A stretch of 59,790 bases of DNA, filler included, from Sphacelaria rigidula (lineage: Eukaryota), in NCBI GenBank assembly GCA_964200075.2. It is 6 parts of 6 records of this genome, joined end to end, with 100 filler letters (N's around TTAATTAATTAA, not from the genome) between each part and the next. Parts side by side here need not be neighbours in the genome. Positions count along the whole stretch, not along the records: positions 49,911 to 59,790 come from CAXNAA020007564.1; 5 more parts are not named here. One strand, written 5' to 3'. Below, piece by piece: positions 52,511 through 59,790 of the stretch. A program made the translations under genes and the position numbers. The notes under the pieces are model-generated. The model was not told the DNA's origin. It did no database searches and was given only the letters and a program-made list of their open reading frames with translations. Positions within the stretch are counted from its first letter, which is position 1, and every line of letters starts with the position of its first letter.

Positions 52511-53168
52511 TCAGGTAGTCCAGGACATCACAGAGTAGCTCACCTCACGCTAACCACTCTTGTAATAAGGTGAATTTGCCAACAATCGTGCAGCAGCCAC
52601 TGCTGTTTTGCTGTGGGGAGAACATTGTAATGTGTGAGGGGACCCCGTGCTCAGAGGACCGCATCGTACTTCAAAACAGCTCAGGATCAACGTTTTTCAA
52701 AACCGACCGGGCCAGTCCCTGCAGGGACCACACCCCTGGCCCTAATCCCAACACTAACTCTAACCCTGATCCTTACCAGAGGGGTGTTTAACTTCTGATG
52801 CAGTCCTCTAAGCACGCGGTCGGTTATGCTTCAATGAACCCAGCCGTGGCCACAAGACAGACCTACCGAACGCCATCATAATAGCCGCTACATTTGCCTG
52901 CCCAGTCCTCCCACTCCTGCATTAGTCGTCTATTCAAGCCGCGTTTTCGCCTGGGAATATTAGTGTCGAACTAGAGCCTCGACGGTGTTCGGTGCACCAC
53001 GTTGCACGAGTGGGGGCGCACGTCGTCCGCTTCCGATCTCATCGCCCGTGTGGCCTGAGCATAGCCTAACATCCACACTTTCCCATACTCAATGTTTTTT
53101 GTGGTTATTGTACACGCTGTCCCATTCCCATTCGCAGAAACTTGAGATCTTTGGGGGGGCACTTCGGG

Positions 53169-55268
53169 ATGTCGGAGAACTGTCCAGTGGCTGACTGTGC
53201 AATACCTGAGGTGGCGGAGGGATCTCATGACATGTCGGCTACGGTGTGGTGGATGCTGTGGACAGGGATGCTCCAGTATGTGATCCCCGGGTTTGTGAGC
53301 AACATTTTTGCCATCCTCGTGACCAACGCAATAGAGACGGAGTTCAGCACGCTGTGTTCAATTGCCGCGGTTGGAGTGTTGTTCTGCGAAGTCCGACGGT
53401 TCTCTTTACTGTATGAACGTGTGCTGAAGGTGTACGCTAGGTGGCTTCAGTGCGGGCAGCGGGGGTGTAATGCCGAGCAAGGGCAGAGTATCACCGATAT
53501 CCCGGCGCTCTCCCTTAGTGTTACGGATGCGCAAGCATACGATGCGCGCGTGGTTATGGCAGCAGCCATCCTAGGGGGTAGTTCGACGTGGTCGGCGCGC
53601 CTTGCGTCTTATGCAGTATTGCCTCTTGACGATAGCAACGAACGCTGGCACCTTGCCCTCCTATGGAGTGCCATCACGTGGATTTTCGTTGGGGTTATCT
53701 GCCGGGGGTTGGGGCCGGAAACGGCGGATTGGACAGGGCTTGCGTGCGTTTTCGCCACTGCGGGCACGTGCTTAGGACCTCTTCAACGTCTCCTGATAGC
53801 CTTCACACCGGTATCAGAGCCTGAAGACTTTACGTGCTGTGTAGGTTTAGCAGCGTTGCATGCGGTGTGCATTGTTTACAGTGGACAGCACAGCAACGCA
53901 GCCGTTGGGTTGATGTGCTCACTGTGCGTGTGGTTGTGTCTGGTGGCTACACTTGCAACCCTGCCCCTGCCGAATCCAGAAAAGGTGGCCGGAAGAGCTA
54001 AAGATGAAGCGAAGCGGAAACTTGCGATCGAGGTCTTGTGCAGAAAAACCGAGGAGGTGGCAATGGACCTTTCAAGCAAAGGTTTTCGTCCGTTGGAACT
54101 TCTTCAAGAATACCTCAATTTCGAAGGCACACGAAATGATGTCGTGATGAAGGTTCTTTCTAACCAAATCTCCAACACCGACCGTAGAACGTTGAGGGCT
54201 GGCGGTGCCACTGCCCCTACTAACACTGCTGTTGTTACCAGCACCGCTGGGCCTTCAAGCACTGCTGCCTCTGCTAGTACTGCTTCCCGTACAAACACTG
54301 TTCTACCCCACCTCAAGAAGTCAAAGGGGGTTCACAGTGTGTACTTCGTGGGCGGAGACAAGGTTGGAATCGGCGAGCTTCTTCTGCAAACAAAGGATCC
54401 ACGAATTCAAGGGCGTATCTTTGTGGTTGCCAATGTCCAGAGACCCACCGTGATCGGTGTAACGGAGCAGGAGGTGGGAAAACTGCTCATTGTAGGCAAG
54501 TCAGACATCGAGCGAAACGATTCAGGTACTGCGCTTTTCGCACAAGGTAAGCAAGAGATATTCGTGGATATGGACGAAGTCGAGGCCATGAGCTCCTATA
54601 GGCGTGGATTGCTCCAGACCGTAGAGACAAACGACAGGGAGTCATGGGGGGCTATTCGGAGCGGCTGGTCTGTGACGATAGAACTATACCTCTTAGTCAA
54701 TGCATCTGTCCTGCTGGGGGGATGGTACATTGTCCGCCGCACAGCTGTTCCGCAACCGATCAGAGCTCCGATGTTTCTGGCCGCAGCGATTTTCTCGGCG
54801 TTCATGGGTCTCATGCAGCCAGCCGACTACCAGGCAGTCCCCCGCATATTGGATCGAATGACGTACTGCCTGCGGCACCGTGGGATGCACTTGTCCGCTC
54901 GCAATAATCCCGCAAGGACTAACCTGGCGTGGACTTTTATGGCTCTGAGTTTCAGTATTTTGTGCTGGCAGGCAAGCAAAGATAAAAATGAAAATGTCTT
55001 GGAGGTTTTGCAAGAGATGCGTCAAGAAGTATTTTCTCGGGGAGGGGCGAAGGAGTTGGTGGAAGAGGCTGGGGGGGTGAAACGTCTCCTCCGTAGAGCG
55101 CAGTGGGGGGCAGGCGAGGAAGGGGACCATGTGTACTTCAGAGATTGGGTGGGTGCATGGTGTTGGTTGGGCAGCTACTGGGTGATTTGGCTCGTAGATG
55201 CCGTCCTCTCCCACCACGCGGGACGTAAAGGTAGACTCGTAAGGAGTTTTTCACGTGGAACTCCGTGA
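53169..55268 (+). CDS. Uninterrupted ~700-aa ORF, predicted multi-pass membrane protein of unknown function (possibly the terminal exon starting at acceptor 53138)
   Basis: A 2.1-kb stop-free frame in a background of short spurious ORFs. It has ~6-7 hydrophobic segments N-terminally, a soluble central region with a Thr/Ser/Ala linker and ~4 hydrophobic segments C-terminally. A cccattcccattcgcAG acceptor lies at 53137 and the first ATG is at 53169. Confidence 0.8.
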   Translation: MSENCPVADCAIPEVAEGSHDMSATVWWMLWTGMLQYVIPGFVSNIFAILVTNAIETEFSTLCSIAAVGVLFCEVRRFSLLYERVLKVYARWLQCGQRGCNAEQGQSITDIPALSLSVTDAQAYDARVVMAAAILGGSSTWSARLASYAVLPLDDSNERWHLALLWSAITWIFVGVICRGLGPETADWTGLACVFATAGTCLGPLQRLLIAFTPVSEPEDFTCCVGLAALHAVCIVYSGQHSNAAVGLMCSLCVWLCLVATLATLPLPNPEKVAGRAKDEAKRKLAIEVLCRKTEEVAMDLSSKGFRPLELLQEYLNFEGTRNDVVMKVLSNQISNTDRRTLRAGGATAPTNTAVVTSTAGPSSTAASASTASRTNTVLPHLKKSKGVHSVYFVGGDKVGIGELLLQTKDPRIQGRIFVVANVQRPTVIGVTEQEVGKLLIVGKSDIERNDSGTALFAQGKQEIFVDMDEVEAMSSYRRGLLQTVETNDRESWGAIRSGWSVTIELYLLVNASVLLGGWYIVRRTAVPQPIRAPMFLAAAIFSAFMGLMQPADYQAVPRILDRMTYCLRHRGMHLSARNNPARTNLAWTFMALSFSILCWQASKDKNENVLEVLQEMRQEVFSRGGAKELVEEAGGVKRLLRRAQWGAGEEGDHVYFRDWVGAWCWLGSYWVIWLVDAVLSHHAGRKGRLVRSFSRGTP

Positions 55269-56039
55269 AGAGAGCAAGAGGAACGGTTTCATGTAGTCCT
55301 TTTTGTGTGAAAAATTACGTAACGGAGTGATTTGCTTGGTTGCAAATCCTCGATCGGCGGGTGACACCATCCATGCACACGTGGTGTCGCCCATGGGAAT
55401 TTGTTGGTGAAATCCCTCGGCAGTACGTGAACCCTCTTGACCCCCAGGGTGGGCAATGCGTTGAAGCGGCGTCATTTTGAAAAATCGATTGTAGGAAAGA
55501 TGCAAATGATCTGCCCCGACGGTAAAAACTTCACACATGTACAGCATGTGGGCCACCATCAGACGTCGCGCAGCCATTGTTCTCGGTCTATCTCGAGAGG
55601 CAGAATCCTGGGGCGCGTGACACCTTCGTGTACTTTTGAAGCTGTCGAATCTCAACAAGAGAGCGCATGAAACGAGGCGGTGTAGAGCGCAAGGATGTCT
55701 CGGTACTCCAACGGGATTATGCACCGCATGCCAGCAGCTAGTAGCTGCCCACGAGCGCTCCATGTGGCGTGGTTCGTGGAGTCGTGGCGTTTGTGTTCGT
55801 AATTTCTTTTTTCGAACTTTGTTGGGGATCTGATATCGGTTATGGTGCTGTATGTGAGCAACTTCATGTTTATGTGAAACTGTTTGAAAAAACAAGATAA
55901 AATAAATGTTGAAATGTTCAACGTGCCGTCTTGTTTTCTTGCTGGAAGTACGTTCCATGGGCGGTGCCGCCAGGAACCGCCTCAAGAATGACGTGAAAAA
56001 GGCGCATAAGTCGCACATATTTCACTAAAATACGCATAA

Positions 56040-56731
56040 AACAATGTTTTCGTGATGGAGAGTTGAAGATCCAATTGGGAGCGACCACTTTATTCGAACC
56101 GCGCTAACGGGGACCTTTTGAAATGTTCCACAACACTTTGGGTTGTAGTATACCAAGGGGCTAGTTGACCCTTGGAGCAGACCTACTCAAACGTTGAGTG
56201 GAGTATTTGTTGCTCCGTTCTCGTCCTCCAGCAAAAGCCATGACCGGTCGTGTCGGTACGGCGTTGGGAGGGTATTTTCGGCGGGTGTAGGGCCGGAATC
56301 ACCTTCAAGGAGTGATTCCTTCTTACTGCTACCCTTAGCAGGTGTTGACACATTATACTGCTGCATTAGAACAGCGGTGGGTGTGCCTGATTAGCATCGT
56401 GTTGACCCAACTCTACCACACCACAGCCTTGGCTAAGGGTAGCAGTAAGAAGGAATCACTCCTTGAAGGTGATTCCGGCCCTACACCCGCCGAAAATACC
56501 CTCCCCACGCCGTACCGACACGACCGGTCATGGCTTTTGCTGGAGGACGAGAACGGAGCAACAAATACTCCACTCAACGTTTGAGTAGGTCTGCTCCAAG
56601 GGTCAACTAGCCCCTTGTTATACTACAACCCAAAGTGTTGTGGAACAATTCAAAAGGTCCCCGTTAGCGCGGTTCGAATAAAGTGGTCGCTCCCAATTGG
56701 ATCTTCAACTCTCCATCACGAAAACATTGTT
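56040..56731. repeat. Near-perfect long inverted repeat (arms ~56040-56339 and ~56432-56731, ~92-bp loop); young foldback/MITE or hairpin-RNA locus
   Basis: aacaatgttttcgtgatggagagttgaagatcc...actgctacccttagc is mirrored by gctaagggtagcagt...ggatcttcaactctccatcacgaaaacattgtt, with only ~3-4 differences seen by eye. Confidence 0.95.
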
Positions 56732-57949
56732 ATATATTGGCGCATAATGTTCACTTTCGAACATGAGAAAAATGGGAAAACGCGAATGAAAAAAAACAGG
56801 GCATAAAACGCAAAAGCCTATATGCCTGCATTATTATGTGGGAAACGAATACGTCCTTCTGTGACGTCGAATTGACATCATTTGGCTGATATTTGATATC
56901 GTCAGAGTTGACGGTTGGCCGGAAGGGAGCGTCTAACCGGTTTGCGAAGTGTATGGTGTGCTTGATGTGTGTGAGCAGGAAATGCAGAACGCTTAGATGG
57001 TGTATTTTCCAGTTTCACAATTCACAAAGTGAGGTTGGTTTGTTTTGTGCAGAAATTCGACGAACCGGTTTTTAGCGACTCCGTTTTTGCAACAGGCTTT
57101 CTGCGGCCTGATTTCTGCGACCCGGTTCTTGCGATATTTTTGTCGCTAGAATTTTGCTCTCCAAAATCCCTATTAATTTCGCTTTGGGGAGAATAACTTT
57201 GTCAAACAGACACCAAACGCATCCTGCTCCAAAGAGCACCTGGACACAAAGCAGTTGCCGCTGCCCACCTAGTTTCATCCTCCACATCGGAGTCTTGAGT
57301 GAGTACCTCACCGTCTGATGCCCATGTACAAGGAAGGATGATCTTCATCTAGTATCGTGCTCCAAAACGTACCTGACAAGGGGTCAACACCCCCGTACAG
57401 TACAGTAGCACTGCTAGCGGATCCTACATCCTGACAGTCTGTGACAGTCTGGCAGCTGGCGAGGTGATCATTGTAGTGTCCTAGTAGCGATATCAACTTA
57501 CAGTGCACTGGAGCAGAGTTTGCAGGTCAATATTTCGGCGATTATCTCACCTGCGGTTCGCCCAGATGTTGCGGATTTTGTCTCGATATTACCAAGTAAC
57601 ATTACACACACGTACTGGTGGAAACGTACCAGACCCTCAGTTACATTGTAAGTCGAGATGTACCGGACCCTGCATTATATATGGAAATGTACCCAACCGT
57701 GGACTAAAGATTTCTACAGTCAGTACGAACACGTTGTTGGAAGTGTATTGCGCGAAGTCAGTGTGTTGTGTGTCTTGTCCCATCTATTCTGAACGCCGGT
57801 CTCCACCTCTCGGTATAAGTGGGCGCACCAGCCGTGGCTGTGTTTCCATACAGCTTCGCCCAAGATACAGGCAGCCATTACAGCGGCACAGGCGATCTGT
57901 CACTCCTGCGTGCGCTACCTGGGGCAAACGCACGCTGTAGCTGCAACAA

Positions 57950-58350
57950 GGACAGCTTGACAACACACGTGACCACTGGGGTGCCTGGAGGGTGGCATTT
58001 TGGACCCTCCAGACCCTCCGCAAGGTATGTTGCCGTGGAGGGTCAGAAAGTTGACCTTGCCAGGGTATAGGTTGAAATCCATCTCAGGTCGCAGACACGT
58101 TCAAGGCAATTGTACTATCGTAGTGGCCACTGGGGTGCCTGGAACATGCCTGAATCGATGTTCCACACGTTCTGCAACGTACCTTGCGGGGCAAGGTCGG
58201 GAACGTGACGTTGCCACACGTTGCCGGTGACGTTGCCACACGTTGTTACACGTTGCCACACGTTGCTACACGTTGCCGAACGTTGCCAGGGAATACGTTG
58301 GGACCCATTGCAGGTTGCGAGCACGTTCAAGGCAGGTGTACAAGTTACGG
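57950..58350. repeat. Repeat patch with ccactggggt motifs and tandem 9-11-bp acgttgccac units; related sequence at ~59310-59660
   Basis: acgttgccac/acgttgttac/acgttgctac is repeated at 58205-58290. accttgcgg.gcaaggtcgg occurs at ~58180 and ~59540. Confidence 0.7.
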
Positions 58351-58714
58351 GCGCGACTGATTTTTCAAAGTCCAAAAAATAAGGGGCGGGGGGAGGGGGG
58401 GGGGTCTACTCATAATCTTCCATGCTGTGGTGGGGGGTGAGGTCAGGGCGAGGGGGGCACATGGCGGTACATGGGTACAATTATCTTGATTGTTTCATGG
58501 CTGTGTTGTACGTACTTGATCTTGGGATATATTGCAAAAAAATCTTGCTTTCAGTGTGACTTCTCACTCGCTTGATTCTAGTATGAAGAGTGAAGTACTT
58601 GATTTCTGTGTGCAGATAATGGAGCACGACTATAGTCAACGACTGGTGGCGAGGCCTCCAAATATCACAGGAGGTGGGCCAGCCTAGAGGCGAATTTTTA
58701 ATGTGCAGGCCCAT

Positions 58715-58968
58715 CCGCCGGCCAATATTCAGAGTTAAAGCCTAAACTTGGAATGGACAATGAATGAGGAATGATAAAAAAAAAACACGTATGCACCCGA
58801 AGTTTTTTTGTAAATGAGTTAAGGGCACTTTACTTGCTTCCAGTATACTGCCCCAAACTCATTAACAAGAAAAAATCTTCTGGTACCCATGTGTTTTTTT
58901 TTACATTATGCCTTATTCAATGTCCATACCAAACTTTAGGCTCCAACTCTGAATATTGGCCGGCGAAT
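58715..58968. repeat. Diverged ~250-bp palindrome (old foldback/MITE)
   Basis: cgccggccaatattcagagtt...gcctaaa...tggaca pairs with tgtcca...tttaggc...aactctgaatattggccggcg. Confidence 0.8.
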
Positions 58969-59790
58969 GGGCCGTTAGTTAACCGGGCGGGTAGAAATTC
59001 GGAACAGCATTTTGCAGGCCACTTACCGGCCTATGTTTGGTGTTTGTGTATTGAAATTTTGTGTGGGACCTCGCTAGAGCATTATGAATAAAAGGAATGG
59101 GTCAGGTTGGTATTTATATATTTTCTTCACTGGTTCAGGCCTTTTTAGTATGGTAACGACCGTTTTTTTCGAGAACGCCCGAACCTCTCCGAAAACAAAA
59201 ATGCCCTTTTTTTCATTCAGCGTACTTCTATGGTTATCCATGCTAAGTTTCAAGTCGTTGTTCTAAACACCGAGCTGAACAATTGAGATCAGGCTCAAGA
59301 GCAGTGTTCAGCTCACGGATGCCTACTGGGGTCCCTGCTACCTGGAAATCGGACGTTACAGACCTTGTGCTACCTAAGTAACGGCGAGCAGGTTACCGCA
59401 TGTCGAACATTGACGTTGAAACCGTGCCTGCACCAATTAATATGTCGCAGGCACATTGAACACACATGTTAGACGTCAAGGGTGCCACTTGGGTGTCTGT
59501 GTCCTAGGATGATGGGTGATAGATTTAGCGTGCAACCTACCTTGCGGCGCAAGGTCGGAAATTTTACCTGGCGAACGTATACGTTACAGAGACCCCAGTG
59601 GCCACCCGTGATGTTATAGGTTAAAAGCACGTTGAGGGCAAGTATCCCGTTTAGGGGCCCTACTTAGTTACGAAATCGACGAAAAAAGAAGGGGGGAGGG
59701 GGGGGGGGGGGGGGGGGGCGTACTCATGATCTTGTATGGCATAGGCGCGGAGCCGGCCTATAGGTGGCTTTGAGCTTTCTAAGCAGTATT

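Noticed and set aside
52738..52776. Telomere-like CCCTAA repeats
   Set aside because: Only ~6 highly degenerate hexamers, indistinguishable from low-complexity sequence.
56194..56584. Short ORFs within the foldback
   Set aside because: Mirror-image products of the inverted repeat with no coding signature.

Overview
Eukaryotic, intron-rich and repeat-dense scaffold, most consistent with a brown alga (Phaeophyceae, stramenopile). This is inferred from the stramenopile-type eS26 sequence, long GT-AG introns and the repeat families. It is stitched from at least six contigs joined by 100-bp N gaps carrying an artificial TTAATTAATTAA linker. Host genes I can support: the first two coding exons of 40S ribosomal protein S26 (+), head-to-head with the first exon of a probable ankyrin-repeat gene (-); an 8-exon, phase-consistent gene for a TPR/ST7-like helical protein (-; 5' end not found); one exon encoding three tandem 10-Cys modules (-; cut by a gap); and a 2.1-kb uninterrupted ORF for an unrecognised multi-pass membrane protein (+). 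The rest is mostly degenerate mobile DNA: a frameshifted gag-like region, a Ty3/gypsy RT fragment, a decayed APE-RT LINE plus 3' fragments ending in oligo(C), a tRNA-derived SINE, several MITE/foldback hairpins, a ~99-bp minisatellite and microsatellites. I cannot demonstrate a new biological system from sequence alone. The best leads are the in-phase splice donor at the end of every Cys-rich module, the ~690-bp near-perfect foldback, the orphan membrane protein and the oligo(C)-ended LINE family.
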